A stretch of DNA of 63,028 nt, the filler included, from Lenisia limosa (taxonomy: Eukaryota; Protista; Breviatea): assembly GCA_001655205.1 (NCBI GenBank). It is 9 parts of 9 records of this genome, joined end to end, with 100 filler letters (N's around TTAATTAATTAA, not from the genome) between each part and the next. Parts side by side here need not be neighbours in the genome. Positions count along the whole stretch, not along the records: positions 1 to 16,077 come from LPNZ01011248.1; 8 more parts are not named here. One strand, written 5' to 3'. Under the pieces are notes generated by a model. The model had not been told where the DNA came from, made no database searches, and was given only the letters and a program-made list of their open reading frames with translations. Position 1 is the first letter of the stretch; every line of letters begins with the position of its first letter. Shown one piece after another: positions 1 through 12,100 of the stretch. The position numbers and the translations under genes are program-made.

Positions 1-147
1 CAATTGATGGTATCTGGCCGAAGCCGTCCACACCACGCTAACATAAATGACTAGATCTTATTGGATTATACACATAATACCCAGATAATCAGAATGAGAC
101 CTAACATCATATAATAATATAATAAATTGGATATAGAGGATTCCGGG

Positions 148-248
148 TAGGGCTTCACTTCGGTTAAAAAAAAAGACTAAATTTCTCGATAAATCCTCGA
201 AAACTATCGATATTTTACTGGTCTTTTTCGAACCGAAGTGAAGCCCTA
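148..248. mobile_element. hAT-like MITE (family M1)
   Basis: TIR TAGGGCTTCACTTCGGTT..AACCGAAGTGAAGCCCTA; TSD attccggg/gttccggg. Confidence 0.9.
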
Positions 249-329
249 GTTCCGGGTTAGCCGTTTCGGTGCTTCGGGAGAGTATTCAATATTTTCCAAA
301 AGTTGTAGCGAAAAACTAGCTTACAATAT

Positions 330-745
330 CTAAAAAATATCACGAGATAATATGGGATCATTCCATACGAAGTTTGGTGGGCTATTTGGTGTAGCCCCGC
401 GCGAAAGTGGCGCAGTGGCCTCGCGTGAGAGCGCCACTAATGCGTGGGCCTTGCGAATGGCAGCGTCCAATACGTCAGCATCGTCATCACTGATCTGCAG
501 AATCACGTTTCTACTGTAAACCTCATGTATTGAAGAACTTGATCCATATAATATCATATACTATACAGTAGTTATGAACATTGCTGGGGAGAAGAAAAAA
601 CTCATGGATTTTGAATTTGGAACAATGTAAGCGGAAATATATATGTATCAAGAGAGCAGATGAAATACAAAGCTCACATTTGTTACAGAGTTGAAGGTGT
701 CATCTTCTTGAACTTCTGAATGAGTTGAGCGTCTAATATCGTGAC
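330..745 (-). CDS. Putative exons of an uncharacterised spliced gene (fragment)
   Basis: GC-richer open stretch (RNVILQISDDDADVLDAAIRKAHALVALSREATAPLSRG) and a C-run+AG acceptor near 745; no recognisable domain. Confidence 0.3.
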
Positions 746-1129
746 TTCTTGGGGGGGGGGGGGGNNNNNNNNNNNNNNNNNNNNNNNNNNNNNNNNNNNN
801 NNNNNNNNNNNNNNNNNNNNNNNNNNNNNNNNNNNNNNNNNNNNNTAGCAAGAAGAGCAAATAATAAACCAAAATACTACGTACGACATGATGAAGAGTT
901 CAGTTTAATGTTTGAAAGGAGGAATGAGTGGAACTTCGTGCAATTAATTTCTTGAAGAAATTATTGGACAAAATTTGAATAAAAGTGTCTGAAATTGAGT
1001 TTACATTACCGCACTTCAAATTTTGCAATTATTTTTCACATAATTGTACAATTGTACGGGGCTCAAGGAATAAGCAATAAATTGTGAAGTCAAATTTTGA
1101 ACACCATTCTGATACTTTTGCTGCAGTCC

Positions 1130-1840
1130 ACAACCATGAAAAATGCTGCATCATTCAGGACGGCAAGGACTTTACCCTATCGTGTCACAGGAAATGATTT
1201 CGGTTCGGTGCTCTGCCGAGGTGTCTCCCTCCACACCTTGAAAATGGAGACACGAGAGTGGAATCCACACTTCCTTGCCTCAGGTACAGTAGTTCATATT
1301 AGAAACTATCACTCTCTGTTGTGTGAATATCGAGGACCTCCTCGGTGAATATGCCAGACTGGATTCGAGTTTTCGAGCTAACGTAGATTTGAAACCCAGA
1401 AGAGCTAATTGTGTAATATTGTACATTAATATCCGTGAATTTGTACCATACCATCTCCCATTATATTATTTACTCATCTTTTATGTAGGAATTCTGTATT
1501 GTTGCTATGTTATACGCGTCTCGAGTATCAAAAGACGAATTTGCTGCGGGAGTCAACAGGGCATCATCCACCTCTATTCATGTCGCATTTCGACGTTTTT
1601 AGGCAATTATTGGCATCGTAGCCATCAAATTATATTAACATTCTAGCAACTTCTCCAAGATGCCAATGGCCACTACTTGGCGGACATCTCAAAAAGGTCT
1701 AAATTCAAGGTTTTTCTGAGTTGTTTTCGGATGGCATTTATATGCGATGACGGAAGATGACTATAACAGTGGCCCTGAAGTTTTCACTTTTTATGATTTC
1801 ATGGAGCAGCGAAAGCAAGAGAGGAAGAGAAGATCAGTAA
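1130..1840 (+). CDS. Possible multi-exon uncharacterised gene or pseudogene
   Basis: Several GC-richer blocks bounded by AG/GT (e.g. 1190-1281, 1650-1711); no consistent frame or homology recognised. Confidence 0.2.
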
Positions 1841-1914
1841 AAAAAACATCCATATAAAAAAGAAAAAAAAAGACAAAATCAAGGCAAACCTCCCCAAAAC
1901 TCCATTTCCCTAAC

Positions 1915-4900
1915 CTACATGGGAGAATTGATATTGCCTCTAAACGCTAGTTCTTCTTCTAATTCAGAAACCTGAAATCATCAACACCCGAGACCCTAAG
2001 TTTCAACACAATCAACAGCAAATACAAGACCAAACAAACTTGAACCCCCCTCCCTCCACCCTCAGTTTGAGTTTTTGGTTCTCCGTCCGATCCACAAGGC
2101 AACGCTCCACAGCCGCTTTCAGGCGCACTGCCACAGCTGCAATTACAAATTAAAATGATATGGGGAGATTTTGGAAAGGAAACCCCGTTTTTGTGTGAAT
2201 AGGAGCATTGTTAGTTCAGACTATACCTATTACATATTATATCATGTTGCAAAAAGTAACACAATGCATCTTCATTCATCAATTCTTGATAAATTTACCT
2301 ACATCCAATAACTGGGATACGTCTTGACCGATTTGCTATATGACTATTTCCACAAGGAAAATCGGTCAAGACTTAACCCGGTCACTGAATATTATATTAT
2401 TTATGATATCATGTTGCAAAAAAAAAAATCAAACAATGTGCCTTCATTCATCAATTCTTGACAAATTTACCACAAATAAAAAGCCAAACATCACCCCCCC
2501 CCCGGGGTACCCTGAAGTCGCTTTTCGCTTTCGGTTCTCTCCTCAAGCTGCTTTTGAAGCTCGTCTATACGCACCTGCATTTCCGCAATTGTAGCGTCGC
2601 GTGAACTGCGAGTTAAATGACTTGGGAATTGAGAAAATGGGTAAATGCAGGACAATATAGAAAAACAAGGATTCGTGAACTTGCCCCCCCCCCCTNNNNN
2701 NNNNNNNNNNNNNNNNNNNNNNNNNNNNNNNNNNNNNNNNNNNNNNNNNGACTTCAGACTCCGGGCCATTTTTTGGTTGGGCGTAGAGTAGGCAAAAGGA
2801 TCGGGATGTGCCGGCGGCGGGGATGGTTCTGAATCATTACTTGGGCCTCACTTCAGTTATAACCAAGTCCAGGTTCAATTTTAAATTATATCTGACAACA
2901 ACCAATAACCTATACCCGGCATATAACATATCAGCCCGGTTGAACTGAAGCACTACGTTGAGTTTTCGCCGTAATTTTCACGAAATTATATATGCTGATA
3001 AGCTGCTATCAATGAGACATAATAAAAAAATAGAGTTGTATCTGGCCATAGTTTTTCTTCATTCACTATGTCAAAGTCAGAAATAAAATACCCCGGAACC
3101 CCGGGGAACCTGGTGTTCGATAGACGTTCTGCGGCTTTGGAGGCACAAATTCCGGTGGCCTAAGTAGTGAAATCGAGGTATAAAATGTGGGGTCTATTTA
3201 AAGACATGTATCATATCGAGAAGTCTGTCTTTTTGGAACCAAAAGTGCAGCTCTGTTTGGGGTAACCAATTGACAACAACACCCACTTGAAAGAGGGGGC
3301 AATGGAGTGCTGTAAGTTGTCCACTTTGTTCTCCAACTCAGCTAGCGAACATTCTACAGGGTGGTCAGATATGCGCCCAACCCGGCAATATCGAAAATTA
3401 ATCGAGAAAAGTCTTTTTTGGACCAAATAAAGAAAAAGAACAACAAAGAAGAACAATAAGTAAGAAGAGAACCGCAAAGAAGAAGCCTCCCCCCCCCCCC
3501 CANNNNNNNNNNNNNNNNNNNNNNNNNNNNNNNNNNNNNNNNNNNNNNNNNNNNNNNNNNNNNNNNNNATGGGACTCTGCCAACAAAAGCGACGTTCGGA
3601 GTGCCTGGTCTTCTCTTCGGTTTGTAATAGCTAAGGCCTGTAGGGGTAAGGCCTTCTCTTCGGTTTGTTGTTGTTGATGTAATCCCTCATCAACCCCCCA
3701 CCTCAATTGCAACCCCACATCACACACCTCTTCCTCCTCAATTGCAGCGCGATAGTTAGACGGGCGACATGCGTTGATGGTGGATTCAAGGACACTTGCT
3801 GAGTGACTGGCGTTGGAAATGGCTGTGACAACTTGGCCCTGGGGGGGGGGGGGGGGNNNNNNNNNNNNNNNNNNNNNNNNNNNNNNNNNNAACAAAACAA
3901 AACAAAAATCAATTTTGTTGGCGGGCAAACATGAGGGCTGAAAACAAAAAAACAAACAAAGCTCAGGCCAGTGCAGCACCGCATCACGGGGTAAAATTGA
4001 AAATTGGGAGTTTTGGATTTTATTTCACATAGTAAAACAAAAGGTTATGTCACGCTCATCGTTTGTCCATCTTCTCAACGCAAGACACAAACAATTTCCC
4101 CCTTACACACCTGCAAAAACGCCACAACGTCCGAAAAGCACGCTTTCCATACTGCTGAAGCAACCTAAACAATGAAAGAGAATAATGGAGAATGGGAAAT
4201 ATAGAGGTCAAGCAGAAGCAGTGAAAACCACATCACATTAAAAGAGCTCAAGTATTGTAAAATATTAATGAAAGCAGTGAATCGGTCATATCATGTACCA
4301 CTTGGGCTTCGCTTCGATTCAAAAAAGACTGAATCTCTCAAAAAATCCTCCAAAACTATCGCCGAAGTGAAGCCCTATATACCACCCCGTTGGGTCACCT
4401 TTTTATTGCCGATTCTGCTGTCAACAAGTTCCATCACATAGCGTCGAACTGACTTCTCTAGTTTTTGAGAACAAATAAAACCTAGGGACACGAACGAATA
4501 CATAATGTGTATGAGAAATAAAACAAGGTTGTCGAGGGATACTATCAACATAATTACGATATTACCTAGGGAGGAGATCTGGGATAGTATATTTAATATG
4601 TCGCTACGTATTATGTTGTATTATCAGGAGGTGACTNNNNNNNNNNNNNNNNNNNNNNNNNNNNNNNNNNNNNNNNNNNNNNNNNNNNNNNNNNNNNNNN
4701 NNNNNNNNNNNNNNNNNNNNNNNNNNNNNNNNNNNNNNNNNAAAATATATGTCTCCTCAACCTGGAGGAAGGTGGTGGTGTTTGTGATGAGAAAACTTTC
4801 AATTTCCACCCCCCCACCGTCCACAGAAGGGCTTGCCACCAGCGAAAGCCAAAGGTCAAGGGAAGGTAAAGCGGGTTTGTCCCTTGTTATGACGGTGGAA

Positions 4901-7260
4901 AGAAGATCGGAATGTAGCAAGTAGATGAGGGATGCCTAGGGGAGAGCGGTAAAGGGACAATTGTTGTTAGGGCTTCACTTCGGTTCGAAAAAAGACTGAT
5001 TTTTTCGATAAATCCTCGAAAACTATCGATACTGTACCGTTCTCTTTAGAACCGAAGTGAAGCATAAATTGTGGTTTAGCAAAACACAATGATCTAAAGA
5101 TTTGAGCTCCGGAACCACACCCCCACCCTCTCCAGACTGGTTCTCATTCTCACAGCCGTCACAGCCAGACCAAGAACCACTGCCTCCTCCCTCCGAAGGG
5201 ACTCGCCCCGTCGGCGCTCAACGTCCGTCACCGGCTGCAGGAGTGAAAAATTGGAAAATGTAAGAAAAAAAAAGAAGCCAAAATCAACTCTGTTGACTTA
5301 AGACTACGAATTGAGGCGATAGATGAGACTATGGATTGAGTGGGGCGGGGAGGGAGTAAAGACGAGTTTATATAGAGATGAGAAATAAAACAAAGTTGTA
5401 TACGGCCAAAGCCGCCAACAGCTGAGGAGTATAGGGTGGTTTTGAANNNNNNNNNNNNNNNNNNNNNNNNNNNNNNNNNNNNNNNNNNNNNNNNNNNNNN
5501 NNNNNNNNNNNNNNNNNNNNNNNNNNNNNNNNNNNNNNNNNNNNNNNNNNNNNNNNNNNNNNNNNNNNNNNNNNNNNNNNNNNNNNNNNNNNNNNNTATA
5601 CAAGGCTTTCAATAGTGGATTATTTAGAAAGTGGCTTGAAGATGTGATAGTGGCAAAAAGATGTTCACAAAAAAAAACACCTAGACCAAAGTATTGTGGC
5701 CTTAACAACACAAATAACACAAAAGGATTTGAAAAGCATAACATTCTGTTGAGAACGTTGTGATGGGGTAATCTGGGATATTACCCATCACAACGTTCTC
5801 AATTTTGACCAAATATTCCTATTAAACTCCATGATTGTACACCCATCTCCAAATTCCTTACCTTTAATGGGGCCAAATCGTCCACCGACGCAAGCTGAAG
5901 TGTGAAATGTGTAATAGCTCTATGTAAATATTATATGAACTCCATTCATCCCTCCAACCCATATTACTCCCTTCATTAGGGGGGTCGTTATATTCATGTA
6001 TTATATACATCTATGATATATACGCTCAAGGTCCAAAATTATGTCGTTAATTATTTACGGTCGCCAAATCAGCTATTCCCCTTCAAAACAGTAATATATA
6101 TTTCTGAGATATACACACTTTATTTGTTTATTAAGGGAAACAAAGAAAAAAATATATATTTTGTTTTGCAAGTCAGCAAACTTTATCGAGAAAATTTAAT
6201 TTTTTTAGCGCCACGCTCGCGCAATTTTTTACATTTTTCATATGTCCTTTTTTACAAGTTAAATTGTTTGAAGTTGACCGTAACATGAAAANNNNNNNNN
6301 NNNNNNNNNNNNNNNNNNNNNNNNNNNNNNNNNNNNNNNNNNNNNNNNNNNNNNNNNNNNNNNNNNNNNNNNNNNNNNNNNNNNNNNNNNNNNNNNNNNN
6401 NNNNNNNNNNNNNNNNNNNNNNNNNNNNNNNNNNNNNNNNNNNNNNNNNNNNNNNNNNNNNNNNNNNNNNNNNNNNNNNNNNNNTTCGATTTATACACAT
6501 GTATTAAACGTATATAAAAGGGTAGGGGTCAGAGCTCTTTGTATATCATATAGTATATATACATATATGAGGGGGTTTTGGGGATAGGGTCGAAAAGGTG
6601 TTATACATCACATGTAGCTATAGTATATGAAATATATTCTTATATATATTTGACGCCACCTCATTATCACCCCTCATAGCTNNNNNNNNNNNNNNNNNNN
6701 NNNNNNNNNNNNNNNNNNNNNNNNNNNNNNNNNNNNNNNNNNNNNNNNNNNNNNNNNNNNNNNNNNNNNNNNNNNNNNNNNNNNNNNNNNNNNNNNNNNC
6801 TCCAAGCCTTCAATATTTGAAATCTTGTTTGACGACAGGTACAGAATGCGGATTTTCGCGAGCATCGGAAGGTGTCCCAGCTGAAAGTGTCAGGTTCCGG
6901 AGTAGTAGAGCTGTATTTTCAATGGAAAATATGGAAGTTTGCCCTCAGGGAATATCGATAATTGCTTATTATATTGGAGATGAAAGCTAAGTTTGATTCT
7001 TGAGCATTGGTTCTTGTGGGTTTGTTCTGTGGTGCTAAAATGTCATAATATGCATATAGTATAGCAATGAGAAATAAAAAATAAGATTGTATCTGGCCGA
7101 AGCCGTCGACACCATCATGCTTATCAGAGATATTGGATTATAGTATAATAATCCACCCAATCATTTGCCTAACAACTCTGTGCACACAGCTTTCTCCGTG
7201 CCTCCAGCATACTCAAGAATATTTAGTGTGTTTACAGATAAAGTATCTATTTATTGGCAC
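1915..7260 (-). CDS. Multi-exon gene(s): SDS22-like leucine-rich repeat exon followed by coiled-coil exons
   Basis: Exon 6880->6800 reads LGHLPMLAKIRILYLSSNKISNIEGLE (LxxLxLxxNxIxxIEGL). Downstream minus-strand exons are coiled-coil-like (IAEMQVRIDELQKQLEERTESEKRLQ; LAELENKVDNLQ; VSELEEELAF). Whether they form one gene is inferred. Confidence 0.45.
2306..2387. mobile_element. ~80-bp MITE family M2 (CAGTGACYGGG TIR, Tc1/mariner-like)
   Basis: ACTGGGATACGTCTTGACCGATT..AATCGGTCAAGACTTAACCCGGTCACTG; homologous to 14628 and 52545. Confidence 0.7.
4302..4377. mobile_element. MITE M1, internally deleted
   Basis: Both TIRs; TSD tgtaccac/tataccac. Confidence 0.8.
4968..5067. mobile_element. MITE M1
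   Basis: TIRs and core; TSD attgttgt/attgtggt. Confidence 0.85.
5749..5802. other. Near-perfect 23-bp hairpin
   Basis: TTGAGAACGTTGTGATGGGGTAAT-ctgggat-ATTACCCATCACAACGTTCTCAA. Confidence 0.9.
6018..6150 (+). repeat. Dispersed repeat family C, copy 1
   Basis: Near-identical to the reverse complement of 54383-54500 on another scaffold (GCTCAAGGTCCAAAATTATGTCGTTAATTATTTACGGTCGC..GGGAAACAAAGAAAAAAA). Confidence 0.85.
7035..7212 (-). repeat. Intron composed largely of repeat family B
   Basis: GTATG..AGAAAGCTGTGTGCACAGAGTTG..ATGATTGGGTG..TATAATCCAATATCTC..GGTGTCGACGGCTTCGGCCAGATACAA..ATTTCTCAT..TTTTAG; homologous blocks at 1-100, 3010-3050, 4508-4540, 5378-5425, 30130-30175, 50798-50930, 53885-53965, 55036-55130, 56935-56965, 60826-60900. 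Confidence 0.75.
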
Positions 7261-7320
7261 ATTACTTCTTAAAGGCAGTCAATAGCATCTGATGCTGTAT
7301 CTTGATATATGGTCTTTTAC

Positions 7321-7419
7321 AAGGGATTCATTTCGGTTCGAAAAAGACTGAATGTATCGATAAATCCTCGAAAACTATTTATATTTTCCCGAGTTTTTTC
7401 GAACCGAAATGAAGCCCTA
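7321..7419. mobile_element. MITE M1
   Basis: TSD tcttttac/tctattac. Confidence 0.85.
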
Positions 7420-7513
7420 TCTATTACACCCTAGTCTTGCCTCTTTATTTTGTTTTGATAATAAGGATTCTATTTTTTTATTATTATTCAATTTAATCCT
7501 CAAAAATAGCATC

Positions 7514-7601
7514 ATACCCCCCTACCTCAGAAATGTTCTTGGCCATACCCCTACCTCAGAAATGTTCTTGGCCATACCCCTACCTCAGAAATGTTCTTGG
7601 C
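7514..7601. repeat. 29-bp tandem repeat x3
   Basis: ATACCCCTACCTCAGAAATGTTCTTGGCC three times. Confidence 0.95.
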
Positions 7602-8049
7602 AACAGCAGCAAGCTTTCCCGTCTGTTTTTCATAGCAGCGGGGGTCTCTACTCAAGTAGGTTTCAAGCTAAGTAGTGAGGATGGCTGGGTGAGACTTTGC
7701 TGTTGACAGAAAAAAAGGTAGTGTTAGATAATCCGAGTTTCGCTTCGGTTACAATAAAGATAAATCCTCGATTCAATTTTTTTGGATCCGAAAGAAAAGC
7801 TCTAAATAAATCTAAGAAAATAACGATACCCACCCCCCATGGTATCCCTAAGTATTTATTTGTTTCCCAGATTTCAAATGTATATATACTCACTGTGATA
7901 GTCTTGTTCTATTTTTCTTGCCAGCCGCTGTATATGATATGATATTATTTCTCTTGTTCAAAAAACCCCCCGTAATATCCCTATGCATTGATCTGTTTCC
8001 CAAGACAAATGTAGATATATTATTTCTTTTTTTCAACCCCCCCCCCCCC

Positions 8050-9065
8050 NNNNNNNNNNNNNNNNNNNNNNNNNNNNNNNNNNNNNNNNNNNNNNNNNNN
8101 NNNNNNNNNNNNNNNNNNNNNNNNNNNNNNNNNNNNNNTGGGGAGTAAAGTTGAAAAATTTATGTACAAAAAGCCCAAATCAACTCTGTGGATATTGACT
8201 GGGGGGTGGGGGTGACAGAGAAGATGGATTAAGAGGTTTGAAATCTTTTGTAGAACTTGTGGATGAAACCACCGGGTGTGGATGAAAAAAAGCAAATCTG
8301 TTCGCTCATGTAAGACACATACAGACAATGGGAAAACATAGTAAAATAGGGGGGGAACCAAAATACTATAAAAACTCGAAACCCCTTATCGCATGTCTCC
8401 TCGTGGAACGAGGGAAAGGCATTAACGCAGTTTTATGGTACAGATTAGTACTTAGTGTCATACCCGACAAGTGTTTGCTCTTATTCATGATCACCCTTCC
8501 CCATGTCTTTCGTAACACATTTCATGCAACAATATCGTGGATGAAAAAGGCATTCAACAGCGAAAAGAAACAAAACAGTTGCAAAAATCAGTTAACATTA
8601 TTAACAGTCGACACTTGCCTTCTTATCACCAAACCCGTACTAACTTTGTTTCTGACATGTTGATCCGCATAGCCACTGGGGCAAGCACCAGAAGGGTAGC
8701 CAATCATTTAAACGTGGTTGTTGTCACATCGCAAAATCGCAGAATCAACAAAGTACCCGATCTTTTTAAAAGCAATTTAGGTTCGTTGCTGGTTAATCAG
8801 TCATGCAACACAAAAAGGAGGACCGTCAAGAAAATGAGAGATTTGTACCTTTCGTGTCCACCCAGAGGTATACTCTCATGGCATTCCATTTGGAATGTCC
8901 TTTCACTTTCCAAAATGACGACAATTGAGCACCCTGTTGAATATCTGACAACTGGTCGATAAGAATACCTTGAATCTTTGCGTAGTTAATATATCCGGAA
9001 CCTCGTGAGTCACCTCTTGCAGCCTTTGCTTCCCTACTTGCCTGTAATATCACCTATAGAATAAA
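8050..9065 (+). CDS. Possible uncharacterised spliced gene
   Basis: Canonical ttttgtag|...|gtaag exon at ~8255-8310 (NLWMKPPGVDEKKQICSL) and further GC-richer blocks; frame not resolved. Confidence 0.25.
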
Positions 9066-9106
9066 TAAGACGATTTCCGACAGTTTTTTCCGGTATTTGA
9101 AGCGAA

Positions 9107-12100
9107 ATGGGCTTCGTCAGCCGCCTTCTCGCTAACCACTGCTTCTGTGCCCTTTTCCTTTTTTGCTTTTTTGGCCTGTATTTCAATATCAACCACTGGC
9201 TGTTCCTAACATCGCTTCCTGATTCCCCTTTGCCTCTTGTGTCTGCTCCAGCCGCCGACAACAGCTGCGATGATCTTGTTGTCATGATACAGGTGGGAAG
9301 GCCTTTTGTGTTGTGTGTCTTATCAACTGCTTTCGGAAACATATTTCAAAAGATGACCTTCTTTGTGTTTTTATTTCTCTTTTTTGATGGTGCAATTTAT
9401 CCATGCGCCCATTTTTAACCTCAGTTGGGGTTATATCTGGTTTTCTTTGCCGTTTACTTGCCATATTGGGATAAGGGGTCTTATCATATATATATTATTA
9501 TTTTTTGCATTTTAAAGTACTTTCATGCGCATAAATCAAGCAATTTGGGATTGGAGAAATTTTGATGTTTGCTACTTTAAAAAATAATGAAAAAACAATT
9601 CCATACTGGATTAAGGTTTTGAATTGGGATAACCATTTTCAGATTACTGACATTCATCTGAGCACGGTTACTGAGAGTGACAGTCGCAAGAACCTGAAAA
9701 ACTTCGCGGACGACTTTGTTCCAGTTATTGGTAGGGGAACGGGTATACGGTGTGGAATCAATAAAATAAGGGCACATTTACTCTGAGCTTTTTTGTGGTG
9801 AATTAATCATTATACCCTTTTCCAATATCTCTCATGAGCTATCCCCCCCCCNNNNNNNNNNNNNNNNNNNNNNNNNNNNNNNNNNNNNNNNNNNNNNNNN
9901 NNNNNNNNNNNNNNNNNNNNNNNNNNNNNNNNNNNNNNNNNNNNNNNNNNNNNNNTTGTTATCAAACCTTGTGTGTGCCAACAGAGTTGATTTCATAAAT
10001 ATTCCAAGTTTACTCCCCACCTTTAGCTCCGGAAGTGGTAATTGTTTCGGGTGACATAACAGACGGCAAGGCCACCAAATACCCTGACTTCAAAATGTGG
10101 GTTGCTTTATAAATGTGATGATGTAGATGGCACTGGCCAGGGAGTAACACCCCTTAAATTTTCTAGTCCTGGTAGAATGATAGACACTAGAGAGGCAATT
10201 GTTTGACATTGTAGGGGGCAGGTTGAAGCCGACTGGCAGCTGTACTACGACACAATGAAGGGCATCAACGCCACCATCATTGACCTAATGGGTGGGGAGG
10301 GCTTTTATTTGAGTTCTCTGTTTTACCTGCTTGTGGTTAGTAAATTGGCATGAATAAAATCATTATAAATATAATTCAATAACTCTAATAAGCGTGATGA
10401 GTATCCACATATTGCCAGTGATATGCTAGCAGTTGAAGTTACGCTTCAGGCAACCACGATCAATTCAATGTCATCAAAGGCGAAAAGGAGGCTGAATACT
10501 ACGAGAAGTATGGTTTTGCACCGTGGCGGACTTCAACTAATTCCCCTCCAAAAGGTATGGTGCATTTGGCTATATGGTGGTCGTTAATTGAAATAATTTT
10601 CAAAATTTGACTTGGAACATATTGTAACGAGAGCCCTTTTTAGACACTTTAATTTCTAATTTTGTCAATTAATTTCCCCAAAAATTAATTGCACAGAGCC
10701 CACTAAGATTTACCGTCCGAATTGAAGCCCAACTCACATTCACAGACATCCCACCAAGGTCTGTTGATCTGAGCGAAGAAGACTTCAATACGGCTCTTCT
10801 CTCCGCGTCTCGGTTCAGACAGTCCGTATACTCCAAAAATGGTTGGGGGTAGGTTGTGATACAGTATTGGGGGGGGGGGGNNNNNNNNNNNNNNNNNNNN
10901 NNNNNNNNNNNNNNNNNNNNNNNNNNNNNNNNNNNNNNNNNNNNNNNNNNNNNNNNNNNNNNNNNNNNNNNNNNNNNNNNNNNNNNNNNNNNNNNNNNNA
11001 TAAATCCGAGAAAGGATCAAAGAGAGCTTGAACGCTTTACAAGCATTTTAGCCAATAACGTGGGTCTACTGTGCCGTTTTTTTTAGATCCATACAGTCCC
11101 TTTGTCAACCGCGGATCTCTATGATCCTAGTTTCAATAGAGACCTTACTGCAAAAAACAATCCAATACTTATGAACCGCCAGGTCGCTACGACTTTATTC
11201 TTGACAACCCGCTGCATGAAGTCGGCTTCACCAATGTCGCCAACTTCTGTGAGTAGAGCCAAGAAATACATTAAATTAAATCAAGGGATAATACTACAAT
11301 CTTTGTGTCTTTTTATTTGGGTTTATCTTCTTGCCCATTTTTATGTTTGCCCCAACATATCATATGACTACATATACGTCCAAAGCTGACTCTGTAGATA
11401 CAGCGCATCAGCGGTACCTTGTTAATCGCCTGAGTTTCCTGATGCAAGAGTAGGCTTTTACATTTCTCCAAACTACATAGTTATATGATATTTCTTTATT
11501 ATATTATATGTATGTACACAATATATACTTGTGTACTATATCATATATAATATCGTATCAACGAATCATCACAGCACATTGTATGTAAATAGAAGGGAAT
11601 AATGGTTCAGCTTTATTTCATTAATAGTACAATGACCTACGTAAATGGATTCGTTTCTCACCATATCATTTTATTACGTATTTCCACCTGTCTTTTTTCA
11701 ACAGTTACCCTTATTCACCCGCACAGTTCCTACCAGAACGCTAACANNNNNNNNNNNNNNNNNNNNNNNNNNNNNNNNNNNNNNNNNNNNNNNNNNNNNN
11801 NNNNNNNNNNNNNNNNNNNNNNNNNNNNNNNNNNNNNNNNNNNNNNNNNNNNNNNNNNNNNNNNNNNNNNNNNNNNNACGATGACGATACAGCAGGAGAC
11901 AACATCCGATGGCAAGGAATACTTCGAGCTTTGTAGGAGGGGGTGCGACGGTCACTCAAAAACTTCCAACATATTGGGAGAGAGGGGATGTTTGGAGGAA
12001 AGGGTTTTTTAAAAGTTTCAGAGGGTGGGGGGGGGGNNNNNNNNNNNNNNNNNNNNNNNNNNNNNNNNNNNNNNNNNNGGTAGCTGATCAGAGCTTTTCT

